Assembly (NCBI GenBank): GCA_903831745.1
Contig: CAIKYX010000260.1
Span: 16,433-80,432 of the forward strand
Direction of reading: 5' to 3'
DNA length: 64,000 bases
DNA from: Oligoflexia bacterium
GTDB lineage: Bacteria; Bdellovibrionota; UBA1018; CAIMNF01
Of the stretch, positions 28,608 through 44,400 are shown one piece after another (the first letter of the stretch is position 1; every line of letters begins with the position of its first letter). The position numbers were made by a program, and so were the translations under genes. The notes under the pieces were generated by a model. That model made no database searches, was not told the origin of the DNA, and was given only the letters and a program-made list of their open reading frames with translations.

Positions 28608-29270
28608 ATGCCTGGCCGAAGAGCCCTTGTGAGCATACTCAACTTTGAAAATACATCTTTCGTAAAATTGAATCAGTCGCAAAAGAAATCGGAGGTCAAA
28701 GTCGTGACACTTACCGACAACACTGGAAAAGTTACCGGAATCCGCGTCAATCGAGGCGATCAAACGGTTGATTATCATCGAATGAATCGCAATGCTGCTG
28801 AGATTTTTAACCACAAAATCGGTGACCTACATGACTTCTTTTCGAGCGTCGATGCTTTTGCATTGGTGATGAAAAACAAAAGAATTCTCGATGTTGGCTG
28901 CGGTGGTGGAGCCTGCGTGAAAGATCTGGCAGAACTTGACTTGAACGTTCGGGGCTTGGACCTTCACCTCACGGCCGACATGAAAAAGAAGAGCCATTAT
29001 ATAGAGGGCGACGCTTTTCACCTTCCGTTTCGAAAAGGCTCCTTCGACACCCTCCTTTCGGTCTGGAGCGTTTTTAAATATGAACCGCTTGCTGCCATTC
29101 CGCAGTTGCTCGCAGAAAGCATGCGCGTACTTGCCCCGAAGGGCACCCTGCTTATTTCTCCGATCTTTGATCTCGAAAAAACCCAGGTCATCCGCCGTTG
29201 GTGCGAGCAAAATCAGGCTCACCTCTTTCAGGCCATGCCCAGCAAGGCGCTCCAAATTATCAAGCGATGA
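28608..29270 (+). CDS. Class I SAM-dependent methyltransferase
   Basis: 220 aa with motif I ILDVGCGGGACVKDL and the acidic post-I segment LDLH; Methyltransf_11-like. Confidence 0.6.
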   Translation: MPGRRALVSILNFENTSFVKLNQSQKKSEVKVVTLTDNTGKVTGIRVNRGDQTVDYHRMNRNAAEIFNHKIGDLHDFFSSVDAFALVMKNKRILDVGCGGGACVKDLAELDLNVRGLDLHLTADMKKKSHYIEGDAFHLPFRKGSFDTLLSVWSVFKYEPLAAIPQLLAESMRVLAPKGTLLISPIFDLEKTQVIRRWCEQNQAHLFQAMPSKALQIIKR

Positions 29271-29423
29271 GTAAACTAAAACCATTTAATAGATTACGAA
29301 TTACCTTAACTTTTTCGAGAAATAACAAAAATAACTTATTAATTACAAATGTTTATATAATTGATAAAAACACCAAAGTATTGAGTCCGATCATGCGATA
29401 ATGAAAGAAGAGGCATAAACCGA

Positions 29424-32400
29424 GTGAAAGGGATTAGGTCGAGCATATTCGAATTGAAGAGAAAAGCGGTCCTTTGGGCAGCGCTATCCTTCTTTATTTC
29501 GATTTCGGCCCAAGCCGCACCGGGCAGTATCGCTATTTCTTCGGGTAACTCACAAAGTTCTGCTTACGGCACCGCCCTACCAGTTTCTCTCGTTGCCCTA
29601 GTAAAAGACACCAATGGGAAAGCGCTTTCGGGTGCCACCGTAAAATGGAGCGTCACTTCGGGCGCAGGAACATTATCCTCTACCAGCACGACCAGCAGCT
29701 CGACCGGACTGGCCACCGTAACTTTCACTCCTGCCTACGGCACGAACACGGTGCATGCACTCGTAAACGGTACTTCCTATGCGGTAGATTTCACTGAAAC
29801 CGGAAGCGCCGGACCTGCAACCCAAATAGCGATTGTCAGCGGCACCAATCAAACCGGAACCGTACTCGCTCTTTTACCTGCACCTCTGATCGTCATCGCG
29901 AAAGACGCTGCCGGACACCCGGCTCCTAATACTTCGATCAAATGGGTGGTAACCGTAGGCGGCGGACAAATGTCGACGAGCCTGAACAAATCGGACGTAC
30001 TCGGACAAGCTTCCATTACTTACACTTCGGGAACCGTTCCTGGATTGAACATGGTGAGCGCCACCATTCAAGGAACTTCGGTAACGACCACATTTACTGA
30101 AACCGCAGCGACCGGAACCAACCGACAAATCGTCATTCTTTCGGGTGATGCCCAAGCTCCGGGTGCGGCGGGAGCCATGCTTGCTAACCCACTGGTCGTA
30201 CGTGTTTTGGATTTGGCCGGAAACGTAGTATCGGGCGCAAAAGTAGATTGGGCTGTCGTCTCTGGAGGTGGAACCGTATCGGCTGCGCAAACCACGTCGG
30301 ACTCGCTGGGTAAAGCCCAGATCAATTTTACAACCGGTGGTGGTGGCGGAAGAAACGTAGTGTCTGCAACGATACATGGCGCTACTCCATACGTAAGTTT
30401 TACTGAAATTGCGAATGTGACCAACATCGATCATATTGCTTTTACCACTGATCTGACTGGCCTGACTTTCAATGCCGGGATCGCCTTTACGACCCAACCT
30501 GCAGTGACCCTTTATGATGCAAGTAACGTCATCGTTTCAGGCATCAACGCTGGCACGATGACCATGACCATCAGCTCGGGAAGCCTGACTGCTGGTGCAA
30601 CGTCGAACACAATCTCACATGGCGTGGCCAACTTTGCGACCCTGACCACTCAGACCGTCGGAACCGGCTTTACCGTTACTGCATCCTTTACTTACAACGG
30701 ACATACGTACACTGCAAACTCAGGTGCTTTCAATGTGAATCCAGGGGTATTCAACTCGTTAGTGTACACAACTCCACCGACCACTCCAGTTACGACCGAC
30801 GCTACCAACACCATCGTCGCCAAAGAATATGATGCGTACGGAAATCTTTTAACCACTGATTCTGCCTCGTCGATGACGTTGACTGCGTACACCACAACGA
30901 ACTGTACCACCACCACCGTGGGCAGTGCACTTTCGGTTCCGAGCGCGAGCACCAGTGGCGGTATCGGAACTTTTGCCAGCGAACAAATTTATAAAACAAC
31001 GGTTCATTCGATTCTCGCTTCATCGACCGTGGGTGGCATTACCAAAACCGCGTGCTCAGGCGCGATTACGGTGAACCCAGGCGCCCTGAATTCTCTGACG
31101 TACACCACTCCTCCTACAACACCAGTCACTACTGATCAAACCGATACGGTCGCAGTCACCGCTTATGATACGAATGGTAACGTTTTAAGCACGGACACTT
31201 CTGCGATTACGTTGACTGCTTACTCGACTACGAATTGCAGCACCAGCACTGTTTCGAGCGCCTTATCTGCAACGTCGGTGAACGCAAGTGCTGGAGTCAG
31301 CACCTTTACCAATCTTCAGACTTATAAAACAACTGTTCAATCGATCCTTGCCTCAAGCACGGTAGGCGGCGTTACTAAAACGGTTTGTTCGGGCGCAATT
31401 GTCGTCAATCCGGGCGCACTGAACTCTCTGGCGTATACCACACCTTTACCCAATCCAACGACAACGGATGCTACCAACACGATTGCGCTTACCGCCTACG
31501 ACGTGAACAATAACGCACTCTCTACCGATACTTCTGCAATTACACTGACTGCTTATTCAACTACGAATTGCGCGACGACTACGGTATCGAGCGCACTCTC
31601 TGCTACTTCAGTAAATGCAAGTGCCGGCGTCGGAACTTTTAGCAATCTGCAAGTATATAAGACGACAGTTCATTCGATCCTCGCATCGACCACAGTGGGC
31701 GGCGTGACCAAAACCGCGTGCGCAAGTTCATTAACCATCAATCCGGGCGCGCTAAACTCAATTACGTTTTCGACACCAATTACGACTCCCACCACTACCG
31801 ATGCAATGCATACAGCTGCTGTGACCGCATGGGATGCGAACAATAACGCCCTGAGTACCGATTCTTCGGCTATTACCCTCGCAGCGTACTCTACTACGGA
31901 TTGTACGAGCAGCACGGTTTCGAGTGCGCTTTCATCTACATCAGTGAATGCAAGTTCGGGAGTTTCGACGTTTACCAACCTTCAAATTTATAAGACTTCG
32001 GTGCAATCGGTTCTCGCTTCGACCACGGTCGGTGGCGTCACTAAAACAGTTTGCTCTGGCGCCATCGTTGTAAATGTCGGTGCTTTGAACTCAATCGCGT
32101 TTACCACGCCACCAACATCACCAGTAACTACGGACGCAACTCACACCGTGGCCGTAACCGCTTACGATGCCAATAATAACGTTTTAACGACTGATGCTTC
32201 GGCGATCACCCTGACGGGTTACTCAACTACCAACTGCGCCACCACTACCGTATCTAGCTCACTCTCAAGCACCTCGGTGAATGCAAGTTCGGGAGTATCT
32301 ACTTTTACCAATCTTCAAATCTACAAAACATCAGTGCAATCGATTCTTGCTTCGACCACCGTAGGTGGCGTGACCAAAACGGTTTGCGCAAGCTCACTCA

Positions 32401-35400
32401 CGGTCAATCCAGGAGCAGCTGCATCTCTTGCATTTACAACCGATCCAGGAACGGGCGCTCCGACTTACACTGCAGGTACGGTGATCGGAACTCAACCCGT
32501 GGTCAAAGTATATGATGCCAACAATAACTTAAAGACGGATTATTCTGGATCGATTTCTCTGACTGCAGATACCTCTGCGAGTTGCGGAGCCCCGGCCGAT
32601 ATTGCTTCTGGATTATCCGCTACCACCAATCCGATCGTACTGTCGGGTAGCAGCACCGCCACTTTTGCCGGCGTGACTATTCTAAAGACCAATGCAGTAA
32701 AATTGCGTGCAACCGACGGAACCCTGCAAGTTTGTTCGAGTGCATTTACTGTAAATCCTAGTGGACTAAACTCAATCGTCTTTACGACTCCTCCAACTTC
32801 ACCGACGACTACCGACTCTACAAACACGGTCGCAGTAACGGCATACGACGTAAACAACAACGTACTTTCTACTGATACCTCGGCCGTCACTCTGACCGCC
32901 TATTCAACTACCAACTGTTCTACTACCACAGTCGCGAGCTCACTCTCTGCTACTTCGGTGAATGCCAGTGCCGGTGTAGGCACATTTAGCAATCTTCAAA
33001 TTTACAAAACCTCAGTGCAATCGATTTTGGCTTCAACCACCGTAGGTGGCGTAACTAGAACTGTGTGCGCGGCTTCGCTCACCATCAATCCAGGAGCATT
33101 GAACTCACTGACCTATAGCACTCCACCGACTACCCCAACCACAACCGATGCTACCAACACCATCGCAGTCACTGCGTGGGACGTGAATAATAACGTCATT
33201 ACTACCGACACATCTGCAGTCACCCTGACCGCTTATTCTACCAATAACTGTACAACCAGCACCGTAGCCAGTGCGCTTTCAGCAACTTCAGTCAATGCAG
33301 CATTAGGCGTCGGTACTTTTGCGGCACTTCAAATTTATAAGACTTCGGTTCAATCCATCCTCGCCTCTTCAACGGTAGGCGGAGTCACCAAAACAGTATG
33401 CTCGGCGGCGCTGACCGTAAACGGTGGCGCCCTGAACTCGCTTGCATTTACGACTGCGCCGACGACTCCAGCCACCACAGATGCTACCAATACCGTAGTA
33501 GTCAAAGCTTATGACGTGAACAATAACGTTTTAAACACGGATACTTCAGCCATTACCCTCGCAGGCTATTCTTCGATCGACTGTACTTCGAGCACAGTTG
33601 CAAGCTCACTCTCTTCGACCTCGATCAACGCAGTGGCCGGCGTGAGCACGTTTACGAATCTTCAAATTTATAAGACTTCGGTCCAATCGATTCTTGCATC
33701 GTCGACCGTCGGCGGAGTGACCAAAACGGTTTGCGCAGGCTCGCTCTCGGTTACTCCGGGTGCCTTCAGCATCGCCAATTCGACGTTTGTTTCGACCTCT
33801 CAATCGGTAGTTTCGAGTGCGGGCGGTACAACCATCACCGCTTCGATTACTCCGCTCGATGCACATGGCAATGCAAGTCCAACCGGAACCCCTGCTTCGA
33901 TTACGTTTACTCAAGCGGCGAGCGCGAGCGGTGGCACGATCAATAATACTTTTCCAATTACTGCGACCCTTTCGGGCGGTCTTTACTCGGCGAATATTTC
34001 GGGTAACCACACCGGTACTGTTACCTTACAAGGAACCGTTAGCGCCGTAAACTCTACCAGCCAGGATGTGGTTACCATCACAGCCGGCGCAGCTTCTAAA
34101 CTCGCATTTACTACTTCGCCTGCAGGTGGATCAGTTGATACCGCTCTCGGAAACCTGACAGTGCAAGCACAAGACGTAAACGGAAACCCAGTAGCATCCA
34201 CCGCTACAGTTGCCATTACCTTAAACTCTTCTAGCTCATGCGCGGCACCGGGAATTCAATCGAGTCCGAATGGTACAGCAGGTCTCGTGGTTAGCGGCTC
34301 TGCCCCACCCGCAACTGCCCTTTCTGGCACTCCAGGATTAGTTACGTTCAGTACGGTTTCTGCAACTAAAGTGGGCTCACTCTATGTTTGCGCTACTGAT
34401 AATGCCGTTGTTCTGACTTCAGCCTACTTTCCGGTAACCATGACGGTCGGAGCGTTCAGCATTACCAAATCAACGTTCGTGGCGACTTCACAGTCTGTTG
34501 CAGCCAGCGCTGGAGGCACCACGATTACTACTTCAATGACACCGCTCGATCAATACGGAAATGCAAGTCCAACCGGTACTCCGGCCAGCATTACTTATAC
34601 CAAAGTTTCTGCTGCAAGTGGTGGCGCGGTGAACAATACCTTTCCGGTAACTGCAACTTTAGCGAGCGGATTATTCTCAGCAACTTTTTCGGGTAACACC
34701 ACAGGCACAGTTACCATTCAAGGAACATCAAGTGCAGTCAACAGCACTAGCCAGGATGTGATTACCATCACTTCGGGTGCACTCACTCACTTTACCGTTA
34801 CCGGTTCGGCCACGGCTTATACCGGGTCTGCACAAACTTATACGGTTACCGCACTCGACGTAAACAACAATGCCGTAACCAATTTTACAGATTCAACTGC
34901 AATCACTACACCGGGTGATGCGACAGCGACCAAAACACCTGCTTCGATTACCAGTTGGACAAACGGTGTCGGTACCGTGTCAGTAAATTTTGATAACGTC
35001 GGCACTTGGCCGGTGACTGCGACCGATGGAGCAGTGACTGCCAACATCAGCGTCGTGGTTACCGCACCTCCAATTTATATCGGTCTGACTGATGCAAACG
35101 GCAACGCAAGAACCGGTTATTCGATTCTCGCTCAAGCCTGCTCGGCGGGACAAGTTGCGGCTCCTACTCTTGGATGCGTCAGCACGAGCTCGATGGTTCC
35201 GGTGGGTTCGCCGATTTATATCTCGAGATATGCAACGGTAAATGGTGTTCCGGGAACTGCTTACACGACAGGATCAAACACGGTCACAGTAACACTTACT
35301 CCAGTGACCGCACTCGCACCGACACAATTCTCTCCAAGCGCTTCTAACGCAATTCCACCGGTAGTCGCCGCAGGGAGCGGAAGTCCTACCACCACGGGAT

Positions 35401-38400
35401 ACACTGCTTCGGGTGGCGTATATACGACTACCCTGACGATTCCGAGCGGCGTTTCTGGAGTGTATCTTGATACCGCTTCATTCGGTGTGGCTGTCAATGC
35501 GACGGTAACCGGAGACACTTACTTTACGGTTGCACTCTCTAGCCCGAGTGGCGGCGCAGTTCTGGGCGGAAGCAGTCTGGCCCAAGTCAGCCTGATCGAC
35601 AAGAACTACACGATCGCAGCCGGTTACGGCGGCGGTGGTGACATTACTTTCTCGGATTCACTTTATAAAAGCAGCCTGAACACAGTGACTTTGACTATGC
35701 ATCGGTCATTCAATACTACAGTTGATGAAACTGTGGATGTAGAATTGTTCGATGGTACCGGAAAATGTAATACCGACTACTCTCCGTTTACCGGTAGCAA
35801 TTGTGCGACCAATGCACAAAACGGTGCGATTGCATTGGTTAAGACCGTCACATTTTGCGGAACCGTCACTACCGCTTGTGGCGGCGGAGCCACTCCGAAT
35901 CAGGAAATTACGTTTACTGTTCCGGTAACTCCAAGCAGTACCGGTGTAAACACATCTTTCTTCGCGCAAATTGTACCTCATGCATTTACCGGAAACACCA
36001 CTGCAGGCAGCACTACCGTGGCGAGTGTATCGAGCACAACAGGCTTAGCGGTCGGAAATATCATTACCGGCGTTGGAATTATTTCAGGAACTACCATCTC
36101 AGCGATCAGCGGATCGAATATTACCCTGAGCACTGCTGCAAACACTACTGCAAGCTCGGTGAAACTGATGACGGGTTACGGTCGCTCACAAAGTATTGCA
36201 AAAATTCTGGTCATGAGCACAGGCGAACCTACTTTCTGTGACTCGACTGCCGTTGCAACTGTTACCGGAACCGGCACAGTCGGCAGCAACGTCATTACCG
36301 GCGTTTCGAGCACGGCTGGTTTGGCTTTGGGCCAGCTGATTGCATCCACTAGTACGGTGACTAGGATTGCGGCGAATTCATATATTACCGCGTTTACTGC
36401 AAACAGCATCACCATCAATAACAACATTACTGGCACCACCGGTTCATTTACGATTACGACTCACCCATTCGGAGGTTTCTTACTCGGAACTTCGTACGCG
36501 AACGTGGTTTCAAACGCTGCAACAGCAGGCTCGGCCAGCAATCCTTACTTAGTATGCAACAATACCCAGTTTGCAAACATGGCTAGCACCACCCTTTGCG
36601 GTAACGGCTCAACTAGCTGTAGCGTACAGACCAATAACTTTCAACTCGTAAACGACCTTACCGCAACTGCTCCGATTACTGCCAACATGAATGCGAACTT
36701 TAACGGTAACGAGCATATTGTTTATAATTACTCGTCACCCGTTAATGGAAACGCAATCTTTAACAGCATCAATCCTACGACCGCTGCATCAACGATTCAG
36801 AAGTTCAACCTTCTTTACGGATCTTCGATTACAGCTACAGCGGGCGGCGCACTGTTGATCGGTTCGAATGGTGCAACCGGCAGCGGATATGGAGCAAAAC
36901 TCATTGATTTGTTTGCTTCTGGTTACGTCTACAGCAACACCGGTTCCGCCTACCAGACTTCGATTCTCGAGCAATACAAGAACGTCAGTGCCAATGCACA
37001 AGACATCAGTACCCAATACGGAATGGCTGCGGGATTACTGAACGACAATCAAAACGTCGGAGGCGCAGGCCCTATTCTCGGACAAACGGGGTGGATTGCG
37101 ACTTCGAGCCTATCAGCCACCGTCGATGTTAAAAACTCGTTTAGTACGGCAAACGTATTAATGAATCTGGGAGGAAATGCCGGTGGAGTTATTGGCGCAC
37201 CAGGCGATTATGGTGCAGTTACCAATGTGGGTGGCGGACACTACGATTATCTCACTTCTACTGGCTACATCAAGACTGTCGGCCTCGGTGGCGGAATTAT
37301 CGGTATCATCGCCCAGGACAAGACGAGCGTTACCCCAGTCACTATTACAGCAAGCCACAACAGCTTTTACGGATCACTGACAATGGGATCAGGGACCAAT
37401 GCCCTGGGTGGAATCGTAGGAAATATCTATTGTGGAAACGGCAGCGGAACCGGCTATTGTAATTACACTACCTTTACTCTTGATCAAAATATCAACTACG
37501 GAACCCTGAGTTCAGGAACCGCAGCCCGTATGGGTGGAGTCTTAGGCTATTATAGCCTGAACACCAATAGTGCATCGCCCACCAATATTGCACTGAATAT
37601 CACCAATAACATTTCTTACGGAACAGTTACTGCTACCACGAATACTTCTGCGATGAGTGGGGGTCTGATTGGAATTATTGCTTTTACCGATAGCACAAAC
37701 AGTGTCAATAATTCGATGACCATCAGCGGAAATACAGCTGTTGGAAACGTAAACTACAATTCAAATACTACAGGTGCGAACTATTGGGGCGGTTTCGTCG
37801 GGATCGTTCAGGCGAATTATCTGACTTCTTCTTCCATCACCAACAACCATGCAACCGGCAACGTAGCTTGTGGTGGAGTTGCCATATGTGGTGGTTTTGC
37901 CGGAAGCATTCAATCACCGGGCTCAATTGCAAACTACATTCCAGTCAGTAATTCGAGCGCGACCGGAAATGTTACCGGCGTGACTGCCAATACTGCTGGC
38001 TTCGTAGGTTATCCTTCATACGAAAACTTTACCAACTGTTATGCGACCGGAAGCGTAACCACCGGAGGAAACTACGCAGGTGGTTTCGCAGGCGAAGCTG
38101 CCACTGTGACCTTTACCAATTGTTACGCAACCGGAAACATTTCTACTACTGCGAACGTAAGTTACATCGGCGGCTTTGCAGGTTATCCAGTACCGGCCAC
38201 TTTTGTTAAATGTTATGCCACCGGAAACATCACCGACTCAGGACACGTCAGTACGATCGCAGGTGGCTTTATCGGATACGGAGCAAGCACGATTACGGCA
38301 TCTCAATGTTGGTCGACCGGTAGCGTTTCGATTAACGGTGATTATGCAGCGGGCTTTATCGGTCAAGTTGCGGCAAACAGTACAGTGAGCCAATGTTATT

Positions 38401-41400
38401 CGGCAGGTGCAACGGCTACCGCTAGCGCTCACGCAGCTGGTTTTACTACCATTATTTCTGCAGCCACCTTGACTGCGAATCAGAGCTATACGATCACTTC
38501 ACCTTCGGCCACAAACAAATATGGCTTTGCTTACTTGTCTGCAGGTGGCGCAGTCACTTCGTCCAACAGCTATTGGCTTGCCAACAATGGCGTAACCGAC
38601 ACACTCCCCGGAATTCCATACACCCAACTCACCCACGCCGTCGGCGCTACTTATAGTGGAACTTACTCAAGCGCTGCGGCCACCATTACCGGATTATCCA
38701 GCACCACAGGACTTGCTCCGGGCCAATTGATTTCCGGCACCAATATTCCTGCCAACACGACCATTACGTCCGTTGGCTCTAACTGGGTTGCTTTGAGTGC
38801 AACTCCTACCGGTTCCGGCACAAGCTTCTCAAACGACATTTACAACTACGCAGGCTGGGATACCGACTTTACCACCTCGAACTACTGGTACGAACTCGGA
38901 AGCTGCGCAAGCTCACAACTTTCACCTACCGGTGGGTGTCCAACTGCAAGTTACCCATTCCCTACTTTGATTTATCCTTCGAGTGCCACCAGCGCTCGTA
39001 TTTACATCAGCTCGGCTCCGACCATTACCACTGGCAACATGAACAGCTATACGGTTTCAGGTACTTGTAACGTAAACGGCAATACCGTTACAGTATATGT
39101 CGATGGCTCTAGCGTGGGCACTGCAGTCTGCGCAACGGGTTCAAGTCCACAATTCTCGATCACGTTTAATGCAAGCACCCTGACCGACGGCACCCACACT
39201 ATTATGGCTTCAATGCCAGATGGCTCTTCCAACATCATGACGAACTCGGTTGCGGTAATCGACAACACGGTCATTCCACCGGCTCCAACCGCCATTGCGT
39301 TGAACACCCCTGCTTCTTCGCCAGGATCGAATGCTTCGCCGGTACTGACTGTTACCCTTTCTGCATTTACAGCGGGCAACACCGTCTCTCTCTATACCAA
39401 TAGTTCTTGTGCTGCTCCATCCTACAAAGGAACTGCAACTGCTTCGGGCACCAGCGTAAACGTAACCGTAAGCCCGGCACTTGCCGCAATCGGCCCGCAA
39501 ACGTATTACGCACAAACCGCCAATGCCTATGGCAACATTTCGGCCTGCTCGAGCGCCCATGTTACCTATGATTACGAAACTCCGATCATGCAATTTACAG
39601 ACGTAAACGGCAATATTCGCACTGGTTTTTCAGTGATCGCATCAATATGTTCAACCAGCCCTACGGGTTGCGCAAGCAACGTTGATTACGGTGTACCTGT
39701 CGGGTCGCCTATTTATATTTCACTCTTAAACGCTGGTGCACTTTACAACAGCTCCGGTGCAACTTCTGTAACAGTCACTTACACCGGAATCAGTGCAGTA
39801 ACCGGAACCCAACTCACAAACGGTAGCTACACAGCCACCATTCCAAACGGTGCTTCGAGTGTAGTGGTCGATTCGCATAACTTTGTCATCGGCCATAGCG
39901 CCACAGTTACTGCTGACACTTATTTTGTAATCACACTGAGTGCGCCAAACAATGGCGCTGTACTCGCAACTGCCCCACAGGCTCAGGTAAACATTGTCGA
40001 TCCGAACTATGTTACCCCGACCTATGGCGGTGGCGGCGACGTCATGTTCTCGCATTCGTTCTACTCGACCACCGCTGGGGGATCGACCGCAACACTTTAT
40101 TTGCAGCGACCTTTCAATCAAAGCACGACAGAACCGGTTGATGTAAAATTCTTCGATGGAACAGGCGCTGCTGGAACCGATTATACTGGCACTACCCAGA
40201 CCGTCACCTTTACTTCAGGAACCACCAAACAAGAAATCGCAGTTACTGTTCCGGTCACTACCGGCACTAATGGCGTAAACAAATCATTCTTCGCGCAAAT
40301 TGTTCCTCATGCATTTACCGGAACGATTACTGCCGGCAGCACCTCAGTCACCAGCGTTTCGAGCACCACAGGACTTGCTGTCGGACAAACGATCACCGGA
40401 GTGGGCATCATCAACGGCACTACGATTTCAGCCATCAGCGGAAGCACCCTGACCTTAAGCGCCGCTGCAAACTACAGTGTCACCAGCCAAAACTTAACAG
40501 TCGGCTCGGCCCGATCGCAGAGTATCGCAAAAATCAGGATTTTAAGTTCAGGCGAAGCCTGCGACTCTGCTGCACCCGGCACCATCACAGCAAACACGAC
40601 CGTGGGAAGCAACATCATTACCGTTTCTAGCGCTTCTGGTTTGGCAATTGGGCAAATTCTCGCAGGTGCAAACATCGCAGGAAATACAGTTATTACTGCC
40701 ATTAGTGGAACCACTTTGACCCTGAACAACGCCGCAACAGGAACAGGAACCGGAGTGACACTGAATACCCATGTGTTTGGTGGCTTCTTTACCGGAAGCG
40801 CAACCAATGGTGGCTCATCAAGCAATCCTTACCTGGTGTGCAATACCGGACAGTGGACGAACATGGGTTCCAGCACGTCTTATTGTAATGGCTCAACCTG
40901 TAATACAGCTGGTAACAATTTCATGCTGGCTGCGGACTTTACTCCATCTGCTGTTCCGGCCGCAATTTCTACGATGTCTGCAAACCTCGACGGAAATGAA
41001 CATATCATTTACGACTACGCGAGCGTCGCTAGCGTTCCGCTTTTTGCCACCGTCAATCCATCAGGAGGCGGCACTACCCTTCAAAAAATCAACATGCTTT
41101 ACGCTTCAGTCACCGGCACTCTTGCCAATTCTGCAGCCTTCATCGGAGTAAACGGTGGAGCATCGAACTATCAAGCCATCCTCACCGATGACTTTGTTTC
41201 TGGATACGTAAAAACGACTACCGGAAACGCAGATGCACTCCTCGTCGCACAGATGCTCGGCACCACCAATCAAACGAGTGCGACCATTCAATATGGCATG
41301 GTCTCGGGTCTCGTCAGCGCTACCACTGCCTTGTACGTCGGTGGACTCGTCGGTGAGTACAAATGGGGTAACAGCGCAAACGGTGCATTGTCGACACTCG

Positions 41401-44400
41401 ACCTTAGAAATTCATTTACGACTGCAAACGTCATTACTACGGGTGGTGAAGTCGGCGGCGCAGTCGGCTACATTCTAGATTCTCTAGCCAGCTCATACTT
41501 CATGGGTAATCAAACCCTCACCGCAATTCAATCGACGGGTTATGTGTCGGGCTATACATACGTCGGTGGCATTTTGGGTGCCTTTTCTACCGAAAAAGCG
41601 ACCACTGTTCCTTACACCTTTACTCTTTCCTACAGTAACTTCTCGGGTTCTGCATTGATTCCATCAACAGGAACACACTACGTCGGAGGAATCGTTGGCG
41701 GCATTTACTGCGGTGGTGCCGGATTCGGTGCGGGTCTTTGCGAATACATGACCGTGACCGTAGACCACGATGTGAATAGCGGTACGGTAACCGACAGTGC
41801 ATCAGGTGGACTGGGCGCAGCTGGTATCGTTTCATCCATTTCACATGCTTCTACCGCTGGAGAAACTTCATACTTTGTCAACGTCACTAACTCTACCAAC
41901 ATGGGTAATGTCGCCGCAACTACAGGAACTACAGGATACATGGGCGGAGTACTGGGTTACGTTTACTTCGGAATGGGCAGCGGTGCGATTCCTGATGGTG
42001 CAAGTTTTACGGGCAATATCAATTCGGGTAACGTCACCGCGGGAGTTGCGGGAAGCGGCGGAGTGGGCGGAGTAATTGGTTATATTCAAACTCGAACTCC
42101 GACCGTCTATACTGTTACCGGAAACTACTCTACCGGTAACATCAACTGCGGAACTGCGCCGTATTGCGCTGGTTTCGTCGGGCAACTCTATCCATTTAGC
42201 GGTACTGCTTCGTATTCGAATGACTTCGAAACCGGAAACGTGACGGCAGGCGGAAACTATTCTGGAGGCTTCGTCGGTTGGAACGCCGGAAACGCTGCAA
42301 ACTCGATTGCCATCTCTAACAGTTACGCCACCGGTAATGTTACTGGTACTGCAAACGCCAGTTACCTAGGTGGATTCGTAGGCTACAATCAGGACGCCAA
42401 CGAGACCAACTGTTTTGCATCAGGCAACGTTACGGATACCCACGCCACGACCTCAGTCGGCGGATTTGCAGGTATTACTACGGTTTCTACCATGAGCCAA
42501 TGTTGGTCGACAGGTAACGTATCGACTACCGGAACGTATGCAGGTGGATTTGTCGGCTACGTGAGCCCTACTTCTACATTTAATCAATGTTATTCTGCAG
42601 GAAATACCGCCTCAGCTGCGACGGATGCTGCAGGTTTTGCAGGTTTTGTAGGCAGCACGTCCACCTACAATCAGTGCTATACGATTACCCTTCCGACAAC
42701 TGCGACTACCAAAAGTGGTTTTATGGTCTATAGTGCGGGTACCATTACGGCCAACCAAAACTACTGGCTTGCGCAATCGGGTTTGACCGATACTTACGCT
42801 CAAAGCGTTACTGCTCAACAGCTCAGCTACGGCGTTGGCACTTCTTACAGTGGAACCGTAACCAGCGGTAGCCCAAATATCACTGGAGTGAGCAGCACTG
42901 CAGGACTTGCGGTTGGTCAAGGAATTAACGGAACCGGAATTCCAGCCACTGCTACGATCTCGGCAATTTACGGATCAACTGTCGTCATGAGCGCAAACGC
43001 TACCGGCAGTGGCGTCAGCTTCTCGAACAATATTTATTCTGCATATGCCGGATGGGATAGCGCTTTTGAAACCACCAACTATTGGTACGAAATCGGAAAC
43101 TGCGGCACTTCACAACTTTCGCCTGCAGGCGGCTGTCCTACCGTCACTTATCCTTATCCCACTTTGATTTATCCTAGCTCTGCAACCAGTGCGCGGGTCT
43201 ACGTCACCGTACCTGCTGCATCTGGTACCATCAATGGTGCCGCAAACACCCATACCTTTACCGTCTCAGGCTTATGTAATATCAATGGCCAGCAAGTTTC
43301 GGTCTTTGTCGATGGAAGTGCTGCTTTAAGCCCAGTAGGCGGAGTTTGTAACGGCACCACTTTTAGCATGACGATCGATCTTTTGGGCATGGGATTAAGT
43401 GACGGAAGCCACACCTTCTCTGCCACCATGAACGATGGATCTTCTCGTACGATCGCTTCGGTTCCAGTAACTGAAACTTTGGCTGCAGTCACTCCAGCTA
43501 CCCCGACCGCAGTGACACTGACTACTCCAGTGAGTTCTCCAGGCTCGAGCGCTACTCCAACCTTTACCGTTACCCTTCCTGTTTTTAATGCGGGCGATTC
43601 GGTTGCGATTTACGCAAACAACACTTGCGGTATGCCAGCGTTTAAAGGAAGCCTCACCGCTACCGGAACCAGTGTTCCAGTGGTTGTCACGACCACACTT
43701 AGTGCGACCGGCCCTCAACGGTATTATGCTCAGACAACGAGCGCTCGCGGCACGGTTTCGGCTTGCTCGAGCGTTTACGCCACCTACGATTACGAAGTTC
43801 CGACTCTGCAATTCACAGATGTTCTGGGTAACGTTAGAAATGACTTCTCGGTCATTGCATCTCAGTGTTCGCTGAGCCCTACTGGTTGCGCAAGTAACGT
43901 AGACTACGGTGTTCCTGTTGGTTCTCCGATCTATGTCTCACTCTTAAACAACGGAAGCCTTTACAATAGCTCGGGCGCAACTACTGTGACCGTCAGTTAT
44001 ACCGGTATCAGTGCCGTTACCGGTACCCAACTTACTAATGGAAGCTACACAGCCTCTATTCCTAACGGATCATCGAGCGTGGTTGTTGATTCGCATAACT
44101 TTGTCATTGGTCATAGTGCGACCGTAACTGCGGATACCTATTTTGTAGTGACGTTAAGCGTGCCTGGTAACGGCGCAGTATTGCCACCGGTACCACAAGC
44201 ACAAGTGAACATTGTCGATCCGAACTATGTAACTCCGACTTATGGCGGCGGCGGACACGTCATGTTCTCGCATTCATTCTACTCGACTACACCAGGCGCA
44301 TCGACCGCGACACTTTATTTACAACGTCCATTTAACCAATCAAACACTGAACCGGTTGATGTTATTTTCTTCGATGGAACCGGAACTGCAGGAACCGATT

